This document shows positions 1 to 13,119 of a stretch of DNA of 64,000 bases, piece after piece. The first letter of the stretch is position 1. The number at the start of each line of letters is the position of its first letter. The stretch is from Geosiphon pyriformis uo1. Taxonomy: Eukaryota > Fungi > Glomeromycota. The stretch lies in NCBI GenBank assembly GCA_016748015.1, contig JAAOMT010000630.1, positions 62,001-126,000 of the forward strand, written 5' to 3'. The notes under the pieces were generated by a model. It saw only the letters and a list, made by a program, of their open reading frames with translations. It ran no database searches and had not been told where the DNA came from. The translations under genes were made by a program, and so were the position numbers.

Positions 1-235
1 GCATGTTTAATAGTAGTTGTAAGAACCAGAATTGGCATTTATACTTGAGAATTTTTCACTAATTAAATAGACGTCACATTTTTCTATTTAATGTTGATCA
101 TTTTATACTCCTAACTGGCAAATTATCAATCAAGGTCTGGTATTTAATTGCGTAATTGGAGCCAATCACAGAAGTCTATCAAACCCATTTTGTCGTATTA
201 AACAACTTAATAATCTCAGTTCTCATACAAGTGTA

Positions 236-1968
236 ATGGATTTATTGAAGGCTGAAATTGATAAGAAACGTAAGATTTTTGAGGCAGTTCACGCCGATGA
301 GGGTCCCAAAAAAAAGAAATATGTTCGCCGTGCAGATCTTGAAAAAGTAAGAGAACAACAATATTTGGAAAAACAAGCAGAGCAGCACCGAAAACGTCAG
401 GTAGCTAGGTAACACTCGTTTAGTCAAATTCCCATAATCCATAGATAATGGAAGTTCCGAAATTTTTTCTTATAGGAAAAACAATCAGAGAAAAGTCGCA
501 TGGTAAACGCTTTATTTTCTCATTATTTTTATCGCATCCTCAACTTACCTTTGAATCATTTCGATGTTAACCGAAAATTTATAGTTTACATCAATTTCTG
601 AACAAGAAAAGCCTGAAAGATCAACCTCTGATGGCGAGGTTCCGAAAGATGAGGTAAGCTACACAAAAACGAAAATTTTGTCTTTTAATTTATTCAAGAT
701 TCTCTATGTTATTTTATTAGGAGGAAATAAGTGATGCCTTTAACATAATGCCCGAAGAGGTGATACGTCGTCTTCGCGCTAAGGGGCAACCAATACGCCT
801 TTTTGGTGAGACTGATAAAGAAAGAAAAATTCGTTTGCGTGCCATTGAATTAATTGAAGAACGATCAGAAGTGAGATTGTGACCCTTTTGTAGTATTATT
901 TTATTCCGCAGATCTAATAAAAATTATTAATGATAGGGCCAACGCAATGACTTTATGAGAACATTGGAAGAGATGGAAACTGGTCTTGATTTGGAAGCAC
1001 TTAAAAAACAACTAGATCATGTAAATGAAGAACAGAGTGGCATTTCATCGAAAAAGAAGATCATCGAGGATTCAGCACTGGTATTGTTTATGTCTTCATT
1101 AATAGGTATTTTTAATTATGGGAAAGATTTTTCTGCTTACTCTAGTTTTCTTTCCCAGGATACGTCTTTGATCAGCATAGATCTTTTAGATAAGGACCCA
1201 GATAAACTCTACGTTCTTATATATACTTTTTTCAAGGTAAATCACAAAATAGTCGCTAAAACTTGGGATTGTAAAATCCTTATAAATTATGTTATTTATA
1301 GCGACTTCTACGAGAATGGGAACAAGAGATGAATAATCGTCCGGATAACATTAAGAGAAGTACTCAAGGAAAATTGGCAGCAGCCATTCAACGACAGACC
1401 AATGAATATTTACAACCTTTTTTCAGATTGCTTAAAAAGAAAGTAAGTAATTTCAAAAAAGGAAACACAATATTTAGTCGATTTTTTTCTAATTGACTGC
1501 AATATCATTGGGCGTAGTCGATTGAACCTGATGTGCTTGCACGTGTCACTGAGATCTCGCATTTTATGCAAAAGCGAGAGTATATAAATGCAAGTGACGC
1601 GTATTTACGGCTATCGATTGGTAATGCTCCATGGCCAATTGGTATGTAGAGATATCAAAATTTTATGTATCCTTAACTTCAGCATTGGCTCAATTTTTAA
1701 TATTTATTTTTTCAAATAGGAGTTACTATGGTTGGGTGAATATTAAAAAAATTTGAACAGTTCAAAATCTTGAATATATGGAAACGACATTAATATGATT
1801 TTTTTTAGTATTCATGAACGGTCAGCTCGGGAAAAAATTTTTTCAGCACAAGTGGCTCATGTTTTAAACGATGAAACGACCAGAAAGTGGATTCAATCCA
1901 TCAAACGATTGTTAAGTTTTTGTCAGACTAAATATCCCCCAGATGATAACGCTCAATTGATGGGCTGA
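236..1968 (+). CDS. PRP18: Pre-mRNA splicing factor Prp18, 10 exons (approx. 236-400, 476-502, 585-653, 721-870, 937-1080, 1159-1236, 1302-1442, 1518-1642, 1720-1735, 1809-1968)
   Basis: Spliced translation MDLLKAEIDKKRK...EVIRRLRAKGQPIRLFGETD (PRP4-like motif)...[30 protein letters not shown]...HVLNDETTRKWIQSIKRL...LMG*. This is the conserved Prp18 loop, and all introns are GT-AG. Confidence 0.95.
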
Positions 1969-2807
1969 CATGTGGTCTGTTAGAGTCATTTATATCTAGT
2001 AGAGTATCTTTTGTTCTGTCTTGTTTAATTAAAAATTCAACTGACAACCTCATTTTCCAAATCCAAAGGTTTGCCTATATCCTTAACATTGATGGACACG
2101 TGTCTGGCTTAAAATCGTGGTTGGTGTGGTTTAGCTTATTCTATATAGGACGATGATCAATATGCAAGATAAAATATAATAATATTTTATCCTCTAGTAA
2201 CAATCCATTACTTTTCACATACAATAAAATTGAGGTTAATATATGGCTGGGATTTTGGGAGTATATTTCAAGTTTCTTCGTCAACTTTACTTAGATTAAC
2301 AAATTTCTTCTACATTATCATTTTTTTTAGTAAACCCTAGAATTTGTTTTCAAGTCTCATGAAGGGGTATACGCTTTGAATGATAATGTCATTTTAGATG
2401 TGAAGAATTTAATTTGGACAACTACAAAAACCATATTTGGGGACTTTTCATTGACGTTACGCAAAAATTGAGGGTCGGCAAAGGAACTTAATAGTGAAGG
2501 GCAGTAGGTTAGGTTCTTTTATCATTGAACTTCTCGATAAGCTTATTTAGGCTAAAGCGAGCGCTCAGGAAGTTGAATAGTTTTTAACAATTCACGCCGG
2601 AAATCCTTTTGAGCTTTTTATGTTTTTAAAAAAATTCCACATATCCAGAATTCACCCAACTGGATTTCTCATCTTAAAACCATCTTTAGTGCGTGATTTA
2701 ATAAAACCCTGGCAATTTTGACAGCCGGATAAATAAGTAAATATACAAATTTTCTACTAGTGCGAAATAAAGAATGCCTGGTTTCAGTCCATTTGATTCA
2801 CATTTCT

Positions 2808-3689
2808 CTATTTGGTAGCGTCAATTGCGGTATGAAGTACGGCTTTAGTTGCGGACTCAGCTTTGACGTGGAGTTTGGATAGACCACTGTCGAAATCAGT
2901 TTGGTAGTTTAATAAAAAGGGACGCAAGAATCTTACGTAAATAGTGTCAGCGCCTTTGAATTGAGGAAGAGCGAGCCTGGAGTACATAAACAAAATAGAA
3001 TTTTTCAAATAAGATGAAGATGACAAATATATATTAGGATAATGAAAATAAAAACATTTACCAGAGGAAAAAGATGGTCTTAAATAAGTAATAGAAAGGT
3101 AACCAGTAGAGGATGATATCTGAAAAGAACTCGACAAGACTGATAAAGCCAAATACGGTCCTAAAAGTCGACATGTTGAGATTATTAGAAGCTTTATGAG
3201 GAGATCCCTAATCGAGACGGGACTTATTTCAAATGTGCTATTCAACTGACCAATAAGTTAACCATTGAGTATCATCAGCTTTATCTATACTTTCGATAGC
3301 CTTGAACGAAGCATAAGCTGCAATAAATTATTATTTAATAGGTGAGCAAAATGGTTGAGACCTTTCTGGTCCGTCATCTCTCGAACTTTTAGATAAAATC
3401 TTAAACGAAGTTTATCAGACATGAAAAAGCCGCATTCATAGCCTTCACGACCCTATAATTAAAGTGTTCAGCACCACCTACCTGGATAGCCCCAAGCAAT
3501 AAAGTTGGAAAGCAATTGTCCCCAAAAGTTAAAGAAAATCAAGAAGAATATGACAAAGGCGGTACCAAAAGCGATGTAGGTTTTTGGAACGCTGGTATGT
3601 TGCTCAATCTTGAGGGCTTGAGGATATTTGGAAAGCTCCTTATCAAGTTGAGCATTATAGTAATTGAATTGGGCTTGAACCTTATCCAT
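2808..3689 (-). CDS. YOP1: ER membrane-shaping protein, TB2/DP1/HVA22 (Yop1/REEP) family, 4 exons (3689-3482, 3317-3251, 3160-3062, 2976-2808), 180 aa
   Basis: Spliced product contains [32 protein letters not shown]...LYWLPFYYLFKTIFFLWLALPQFKGADTIY. Exon lengths sum to 543 nt, in frame. Confidence 0.93.
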
Positions 3690-4014
3690 TTTTTAATAAC
3701 GAGATTTGATGAAAACCGGATATATGCAAAGCTTGTACAGGGCGTCAAGTTTGAAGGTGGGGTTTCATAAAGAGAATAAACCCACAAACAAGATGCTGTC
3801 TATATAGGTAACCTCTGACAAAACCATAAATATATCAGATATCATATTATCTTTTATTATTGGATGATATGCGGACATCTAATCACGAGCAATAGAATTT
3901 GTCCTTTGAGCGCCAGTTTTTGGTTCATGCTCCCTTCGTGGCTTGAATCACTTGTTTAGGTCCCAACTTAAATTTTTTCACTCAACTGCTTATACAATAC
4001 GGATATTGGGAATT

Positions 4015-7000
4015 ATGGGGGCTACCGATAGTAAATTGACCTTTCGTAAAGGCGTGTTCCGCCTATTTGAAGAGCGAGTACGTGGTTATTACTTCAAGCT
4101 TGAATTCTCAAACACTTGGATTTTGATTTAAATTTCATGTTTTGGGGTTTCACCATCAGAATATTCCGGCTACTGACGAGTATTGGTCACAGGTTGAAAC
4201 ATTTGATTAAATACATGATTTTGGGTTACTTGCCAATTGGCCTAAACTGTCTTGCCTTTTGCTAGTTTTGGCTTCTCCCCGAGTCTGCTGACGACGTTTT
4301 CTCTCTTGTGGGAGCCTCCGATATAAGACGTGTTAGAGACCATGCAAGAGAAAATTTAGAAACGCTCATTCTTAAGGTTTGAAAATCAAAGAGACTCCCA
4401 TAAAAATTTACCTTTGTATTGTGAAAAAAGCTCCTTGATTAAAATTAACATTTGGGATCTTGTTGAAAATTAAATCAGGTTATCGATCGTCTTTTTCGTA
4501 TTGTGAAAGCACGAGATTTCCCTTCACCGCAAAATTCAACACTACAACTTCTCAATTGTATAAGAGTCCTTACCCGAATAGTTCCTTTTATTTACGAATC
4601 TGAGGAATTAGCAGATTGGGAGGAGAAAATCTTGTGGACTCCACAAATTATCAAAAGAAAAGCTTCAAAGACCAGTTCAGCTGAAGTGAAAAAGATAGAT
4701 GAAAGTGTTGGTGAAAAGCCAGGAAAACGTGAGGATGGAAACATCTCGATTAAAGAAAATCAGGTGAGTGCATTTTATACATTCAAATTTCGTTAATTTT
4801 ATCAATAGATAATAATATCTCTGATTGGGCCTTCATACTCTTCAAATCAAAGTCTCTTCTATATTTGGGTTAACGTTAGCCCAATTTAAGATATTTTAAT
4901 GATTTTTGATTATTTCAAGGGATGAATAATCTTAAATTTGTAGAATTCTCAAAAATTTAATCCAATTACATTTGAGATTAGAAAATAGATTTTAAAGAAA
5001 CTGAACCGCAAACCTATCCTCCACTTGGAGAACGACTATTATTGATGATTTTGGATTTATTGTTTCTCTCTGGGTTTACCATCCCTACAAACATTGCTAC
5101 GGAAACACGTGTGAACTATGTTATCTGGTATGAAAATCCCTGATTCGGATTAAGCAAATCTTGATTGCTTGTTTAATATAAACACAATGAAATTCAGGGA
5201 AACCGGAATTGGCTCCAATATACCCATCGGGTCAACGAAAGAATATGATCTAAACAAAACTGAAACACTTCGCTTACTTCTCGTTCTTCTCTCAAAGTCC
5301 ATGTATATGCCAGGAGGTAACTTAATCAACTTAAATTTTCTAAATTACTTGATTCCTTTCGTTGATTAGTTTAGCTTTATTAATTTATTCTCCTATATTT
5401 AGCCACTTTCATGTCCAAGGAAAGCAAATTTTTGAAATTTCTGGTCCTTAAGACAGAAAAGAACGTTGTGTTGGCACTACTTTGCAGCTTACTCAATACC
5501 GCTGTAAAATATAATCCTGCGGGATGGGGTGTACCATACAATTACGTTGTATTTACGGATCCTAGAGAAATATTAGTGACTCTTTGTTTACAGGTTCTTT
5601 TAGTTCTGTTAGATTATAGAGCACCTTCGTGTCGTATCAATACAGGGAGTGATTCCAATACAATTCAAAGTCACAGACGACTTTCTTCAATTGACCCTAA
5701 CACTTCTGAAACTGAGGGAATTCGACAAAGCGCTGTGAGAAATTCATCTTCAAGTCCAATTATTACTTCGGCCCCTCTGACGCCTACCCGTACTCGTACG
5801 CAAGATGAAACTCCAAGTGTCACTAGTGTATCGGCCGCTTCAACCAATAAAGGATATTTGCCTCCTAGTGTAGATAATGCCTTTCGTTACTACACATCAA
5901 AGATTCACAGATCTCAAGACTTTCAATTTTTAATGGATGGCATTTACCGCATTTTGAGCAATCCTATGCAGGTGGGAATAACAATAATTGTTTACTGTAA
6001 ATACAAGCACTTCCCTTATCGGCTTATATATAATTAGGCAAATAATACTTACCTCCCCGGATCCTCAAAACCAATTCGTTGCCACCCGGAAATGTTGATG
6101 CTTTGTTGGAAACTTTTAGAAATTAATAAAGTAAAGTTGCCTTAATCCGCAATTCTTATTTGAATGGCTTAATGCCCTTTCCTTTTCTTATATTTTTTTC
6201 AATAATTAACACAGATGTCCTATAAATTTGCAGAGGTTCCGCACATATTTGTTGGAAACTGATAGGGTTTTAGATGTATTGATTTTGCTTTTGTACTATG
6301 CATTAGAAAACAAGTTGGACCCTGGTGAGTGCAGAAAGAAATTCAAAAGTTTGATCTTTGTTTTTACAGTGACTCTTTGATCTTAGTTATTTATTCATTT
6401 TCAGCTCAAAGTGGTTTAGTTCGGATGTGTGCGTTTATGCTTCAAACTATATCGTCCGAACGCAACTTTGGAGTCAAATTGAACAAAGCCTTTGAAGGTC
6501 ATGGGTCATTGCCTAGCAACGTACGCATTCCTGCATTCCATGGAACTTACGCAGATTTTATGATCATAGTAAGCATTGGTGGCTTTGAATATAATTAAGA
6601 AAATTTATCAAAAGCTTAATATTCCATCTAACGGCGTTCAATAGTCTATCTACGCATTGATAGCTACCACACGTGGAACATTACACGCACTATATCCGGC
6701 ATTGGTCCTTACCATTACCAATGTTTCGCCTTTCTTGAAGAACCTATCGGTAGTTTCTTCAACCAAATTAGTTCAATTATTTGTTTCATTTTCAACGCCT
6801 GGTTTTTTGTTATCCGAAGAAGGGAACCATCGATTAGTCGGATTCATCCTGGAAGCTTTCAACAATATTGTCCAATACCAATTTTCAGGTTTTCAAATAT
6901 TGAATATAAATTAATTTGTATATGATTTATTTGCACATATTAAATATTCGGCTTAAACATAGATAATCCGCACGTGATATACGCCATTGTAAGAACACAT

Positions 7001-8033
7001 AAGAAATTTGAAGAGCTTGCAGAATTTACATTAGCTAAGGGTCTGTTGGAAGTAAAGCGAATCCAAGCGGTTAAAGAGGAGCACAGAAAGCACACTCGGA
7101 ATCTTTCCGTTTTAAAAGTGGTCGAGACAGAAACTAAAAAACCTTCCGCAGATGTGACAACTTTACAACCAATATCAGATGTAAATGAAAACACTACTTT
7201 TCGTCGACAAAATTCTCATGGGCAAGATGAGGAGCAGGAGGAACTCAATGAGAAAATAGAATTAATGAATACTTCTTTGCATTCTGATAGCAGTCATGGA
7301 AATCACAGTGAGAATGGAGAAATCGAAGAAGGACCAGGATATTTATCAGAAAAAGCTAGAGGGAAATTACCTGAAGGTGTTACCGCAGCGGATCGACGAC
7401 AAAGCGGGGATAGCACTAGGAGTAATAATATAATCCTTACACCTTTTGCTATTGGAAAATCTGGATTTGTTCCGACAGAAGATTGGGTGAGAAATGTAAT
7501 AGAGGCCTTAATCCTATATCTCATTTTAATTCTAATTTTTACCAAAACTTTCATAGGTATCTTCATGGCATTCCAATCTTCCTTTGGGTACTTTGCTTGT
7601 TTTGTTATCCGAACTTGTTCCTAAAGTTCAATCCTTGTGTGGATCCCAATCCTATTCAACTGAATACGAAGTTTTAGATTTTCTTCGATCTGTCACATTA
7701 GTCGGAATTCTTCCACCACCTCAGCCAATACTTACTCGTCAGTTTTTATGGTCAGAAGCAAGCGTAGTTTGGTTCTCAAGTTTATTATGGGGCCAGGTAT
7801 ACCTTGCCGGATCGAATTATTTGGGAGTTTTTAATGGAACCCATGTAAAACTTTTCCTGATCAAAACTACGGTTAAGGAGGATAAAATAAAAAACCCACT
7901 AGGAACGGCTGTGGGAGGTGTTCAGGGTGTTCTTGACCGGTTTACACCTAACACCACAAATGTTGCCTCTCATACAATCGCCAATAATCCTATCCACTCG
8001 TCTAATTCACCATCAACTACGCCGTCCTCATGA
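4015..8033 (+). CDS. HID1: HID1/Ecm30 family (high-temperature-induced dauer-formation) protein, multi-exon
   Basis: N-terminus MGATDSKLTFRKGVFRL (Gly2 myristoylation type), plus LNCIRVLTRIVPFIYE, LLCSLLNT, SKIHRSQDFQFL, LQTISSERNFGVKLN, EAFNNIVQYQF and C-terminal WFSSLLWGQVY...FNGTHVKLF. GT-AG introns throughout. Confidence 0.9.
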
Positions 8034-8793
8034 TGGAAAAGACAAGATAGAGGTGACACGTGGCTGAAAATTATTGCCTAATGACTACCAAATGCGTCCA
8101 CAAACATTAAATATGCATATTTCCATAAATCTTTTAGATTTATTGCTATAATATAATAGAATCAAGTATCTTATAAATGACGACTGATTCAAAAGTTCAT
8201 GCATTGTTGATAGATGATAGCAACTTCTTCAAATTGATCTTTGTCTTGAGTGGCAGATCATGTTGGAAATAACCAAACGATAGGCGTTGAGTATTTAGTT
8301 CGCACAAAAAAATCAATTTCTCACACTTTCCCCTTTCTTCATCCTTTCCTTCCTCTCCCTTTTTCGCCAATCCTCATACCCTTTTATAATTCCTTCTTCC
8401 GTTCCGCACATAACTACGCGCTAAATATAAAATACAAAAAAAATTAAAAATATTTGCCTACCTCTCTCTTGCTTTTCTTTTTTTGTTTTTCGAGTTTATT
8501 TAGTGGGAGCAACTTTATTGCTCCCCTCTCCAAATATATTATTTTTTCCTTTAACTTAACCCACCACACAACCTGGTTTCTTTCAACATCCCGTCATATT
8601 ACCTTTCTTCCGATTAGTCCTTGCGTTAAGATAACGACTTATTAATTTTACTCCTGAATAAAAGTTTTTCACAGGGTTATCTATCCTTAAAATATTTTTT
8701 ACCGACTTTTCTTTTAATTGAAAGAGAAATTACAAAAAACTAAAAATATCTTAAAATTCTTAAACACAAACACGTATACGGTGAAACCAAGCA

Positions 8794-10283
8794 ATGACAA
8801 GAGAAGAAATGGCTGAACCCACGGTAAACAACGGCTTCAATTATGAAAACTATAGCTCCACTAAATCAGGTGTAGTGCCGGGTTCTTCCGCCACTGGTAC
8901 ACTTGAAACAAAACATGAAAGCGTCACTCTCAACAACAATTCCGCGACCTTAAATAACAGCGGTATCAACCACGCTTCTAACTCGCACTCTCTGTTTGAA
9001 CGTAACGCACCCTTTATTCAGCCCAACGATCAAACAGTTCCCGAGGGTGTTACAGATGATGTACAGATTGAAGGATCTTTACAAGAAGATGCTGAGTCTG
9101 GAGACATATCCACTTCTCAACTCACCCTCAGAGCTCTTGTATCTACAAAAGAAGCTGGAGTAATTATCGGCAAAGCCGGTAAAAATGTCGCTGAGCTTAG
9201 AGAAATAACTAGTGTTAAAGCAGGTGTATCCAAAGTCGTTGAGGGTGTTCATGATAGAGTTCTATCTGTAGCTGGTACTCTTGATGGTGTTTCAAAGGTA
9301 AGCAGCCTTCTATTTGACCAATATGGTCGTTAATCTCCCTTCTATATATTTTCCTGAGCGACATTGTGTCAAATGAAAAGTTGAAGTCGATTTTTAATAT
9401 TGTGCCTAGTTTTTATTAATGCTGAAGGCAGCAGGATTCTTTTAATCAAATTCTCATAAAATTTGGTCTCTTACCCATAAAAAAGGCATACTCTCTCATC
9501 GCCCAGACCCTACTCGAAAATCCTGTTAGTGCTAGTCCTAACTCAACTCCGATTACACCTCCACCTAACGCTTTCACCTCTGTTCGGCTTCTTATCTCCC
9601 ATAATTTAATGGGAACAATTATTGGTCGCCAAGGGCTCAAGATTAAGCATATTCAAGATGTTTCTGGAGCCAGGATGGTTGCTTCCAAGGAAATGCTCCC
9701 ACAAAGCACCGAACGTGTTGTAGAAGTACAGGGAACTGTGGAAGCGATTCGAGTTGCTGTTTATCAAATTGGTAAATGTCTAATTGAAGATAATGAACGC
9801 GGTATTGGAACTGTTCTTTATAATCCGGCCATCCGAGTTACCACCACCTACACTGGTACTCGTCGTCAAAGCGATTATACTCAGCGCACTGGAAATGGAA
9901 CTGATTTCATCCAACCTTTACGTGGTAATAACAGCAAAAACTCGAATAGTAATAGTAATAATAACGAGTATCATAATAACCGTCGTCAATCTTCCAATTA
10001 TGATTCAACCACCATTCGCACCCAGAACATATCTATCCCTGCCGATATGGTTGGTTGCATTATTGGTAAAGGTGGTTCAAAAATTTCCGAAATTCGTCGT
10101 CTCTCCGGCTCTCGCATTAGCATCGCCAAAACACCTCATGACGAGACTGGTGAGCGTATGTTTACGATTCAAGGCACGCCTGAAGCCAATGAAAAAGCTC
10201 TCTTTCTGCTATATAATCAGTTAGAAAATGAGAAGGAACGTCGCTTAAATGCCAATTCCAATGGCGGTGATTCGGATGCCTAA
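8794..10283 (+). CDS. rnc1: Three-KH-domain RNA-binding protein (Rnc1/Hek2/PCBP-like), exons 8794-9297 and 9486-10283
   Basis: KH GxxG loops IIGKAG, IIGRQG and IIGKGG. LRALVSTKEAGVIIGKAGKNVAELR is typical of fungal Rnc1-like proteins. Intron 9298-9485 (GT...AAG) keeps the frame. Confidence 0.85.
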
Positions 10284-11479
10284 AATTCTCAACTTCATCG
10301 TTCTTATTAATGACGTCTGAGCATGGGTATCCCATTTGTAATGAAAGCATTTCAAAGAGAAATAATCATAATTTCGGGGTAGCTGGGAAACTTAATTAAC
10401 AACAAGTATATGTGTGCGTGTGTGTATATGTATGTATATATTTTCATTAGAAAAAGACATCCATATCAGGATTTCGAACATTGGACATTTCTTTTTATAA
10501 TAACAGTAGGTGCAAAAAAAATACTCCTTACAAACACATTATTTTATCATCTATCGTCACCTCAACACAAAATAATTCTTTTGAGAATAACTTTTCCATT
10601 TCTTAGTTTTCCTTTCTTCCTTTAAGTATACAACATTAATCTCGCAATCATCGATTTGGAATTTTATCTGTTTCTTATTGATCTTTTTTAAAGAGTATTC
10701 GAAACTATTGTGCCTTTCATCGTTACAAACCAGATGAATGGTGAGCGATATGTATTCAAAAATATTGTTTTATTGGCAAGCTATTAACCTAGGGCTACAA
10801 ATATCTCTTTATAATTATTTGAATTTATATACTTCTTGATCCATATTCCAAAGATCTTTCTTGATCGCAGTTGTATAACGATCCCTTAAACCAATTTTCT
10901 TTTATTTTTTGTTCTCTTATCTCTTTACTTCTTCCATCCGTCTCAAAATTTTTTCTTTTTTCTTAAAATTTCCGTTTACTACATACAACCACAACACACA
11001 CATTTATCGCGACACGTGACAAACTGTAGACACCAAAATAAAGAACAAAACAATAAATACGCTTTTTTACTCATTTACACATTCTCATTTGGAAGATCAA
11101 ATTAAAAAGAAATTGAGCGGCTTGAATTTCTAAACATTCAATTAATAGGTGACTCACTCAAACCGGACTGTCAATATTTTAAGAAAATAATGGCTGAAAA
11201 AGTTTAATTTATCAAAATTGATCATGTCTTAATGATTAATCCAATTCAAATAGTCCTAAAATAATTAAGACTGCAGAAGATTTTTTAATGTCTATTTATA
11301 TAAATAATTAGAAATGTTTATCAATCAAATTATTTAATTAATAAATTTTTAATGTGTTGATAATTTTTTTGATTTTAAAAATATTTGTTATAATTAATTT
11401 TTATGTCATTAATTAAATCATTTTAATGATTTTTCTTAACATTATTTTATTATTTAATTACTTTATTGAGTAAATTTTA

Positions 11480-12900
11480 ATTTTATATATAAATATTTTA
11501 TTTTAAACTTAAACTTTTTTTATAAAAAATAAGTTTTTTAATAATATTCTGTAATTAACAATAGGTTATAATATAGCCAAAACCATATAAAAAAACTGTT
11601 TGTTTGAAATAGTTTTTTTCAAAACCATTTTAGCAAAAAACCTAATATTTAAGTATATTTTAACCAAATTAGGCTTAAATAAACTATTTAATAATAAAAA
11701 TATGTTCAAATATCTATGAAATTCATTTTCTTTTACAATTAAAATTAGCAAACCACTAATTAACAAAGAAAAATTTTTTATTTTTTAATTAATAGGAATA
11801 ATCAGTTTTTTTATTGTTAATTAAAATTTTGTTGAGCAAAAAAACTTATTAGCAATATTTAAAATATATTAAGTTATCATTTGACTATTTTTTATCCAAA
11901 TTGTGTTATTAACAAAAACATTAACTGCAAAAAATAAGGTTTTATTTAGTCTTTAATAAATTTATAAACTGTATCAATAATCTTAATAAAAAAATAACAA
12001 AATTTAATATTGTATAACTTATTAATAACTTTAAAAATATATATATTTTTTAATTCAAATTAAAAATATGCTAAATGTTTTTAAAAAACTTTAATATTTT
12101 TTAATCTTAAATTTAAAAAGTAAATATTAACAAACTGTTATAAATTTTAAAAATTTTAAAAAAACAGCTTTTATATTTTAAAAAAAATTATAAATTTAAT
12201 ATTATGTTTTTTTATTTATTAAAAAGTATTTTAACAATATTTTTAAAACTTATGAATATTGTTTAGCTAAAATATTATAGAAATTAGTATTTGTTTATTA
12301 AAATAACATTAATATTTATTTGCTAATTTTTAAAACTTATTTAATTTATTTGCAAAAAGTTTTTTAATTATTTTAAAAAGCAGAATTAATATTAAATATT
12401 AGAAAATATTGTTTTAAAAAAATACTGGTTTTTTAAATTATTAACAAAAATAGAATTAAACTTAATTTTAAAAAATTATTAAAGCACAACAATTCAAAAA
12501 ATTTTGAATTAAAATATTTAATATATATTGAATTTTTGGTTAATAATAAAATTAATATTTACTACAAGTTTGAAAAACTTTACACAAATAATACTAATTA
12601 AATTATTATACTTAATTTATAATAACAAAAAAAAATAAATACCAAAAATTATAAAGATATCAAAAATTATTTAAAAATATTTACAATACTAAAAATATGA
12701 TTTTTAAACAAAAAATATCTTTTATAATACAAACAAAACAATAATTTTTACAAAATAATATATTTATTATTAAAATTTTTGAAATTCAAAAATTTACTAA
12801 GATTAATTTAAAAAAAAACAATAATATATATTCAAATTTTTTTTAATATATTTTAGCAAAAACAAAATTATTTAAAAAATATTAAACCATTATTTTTGGT
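11480..12900 (-). pseudogene. Near-saturated (very AT-rich) relic of a LINE ORF2 RT region
   Basis: ORF 11566-11766 (LISGLLILIVKENEFHRYLNIFL...FKPNLVKIYLNIRFF...KKTISNKQFFYMV) aligns with the adjacent LINE (ISGMPISITKRGEPYHYLDIFL...LKPSLVKAHLDIWFF...RKVISDKQFAYLV). FVDDT has become FVNNT near 11900-11915. Boundaries are approximate. Confidence 0.75.
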
Positions 12901-13119
12901 TTTATATACAAAATTTTTTTAATAATATGTTAACTTATATAATAATTATTAAAAAAAAGTACTTTATAAAATTTTTAAATTTAATTAAAATTAGACAACT
13001 ATTTAATTTAATTTTTTTTTTATGCTATCTAGAACTATACAACATACAAATATTCTAAACTAGGTGCGAATCATGCATTTTCTATATGTGACCAGCCACT
13101 CAAGCCAATCAGAACAACA

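Noticed and set aside
11250-13000. AT-rich block as endobacterial (Mollicutes-like) or mitochondrial insertion
   Set aside because: It translates to a decayed homologue of the neighbouring LINE RT, and no bacterial or organellar genes are visible.
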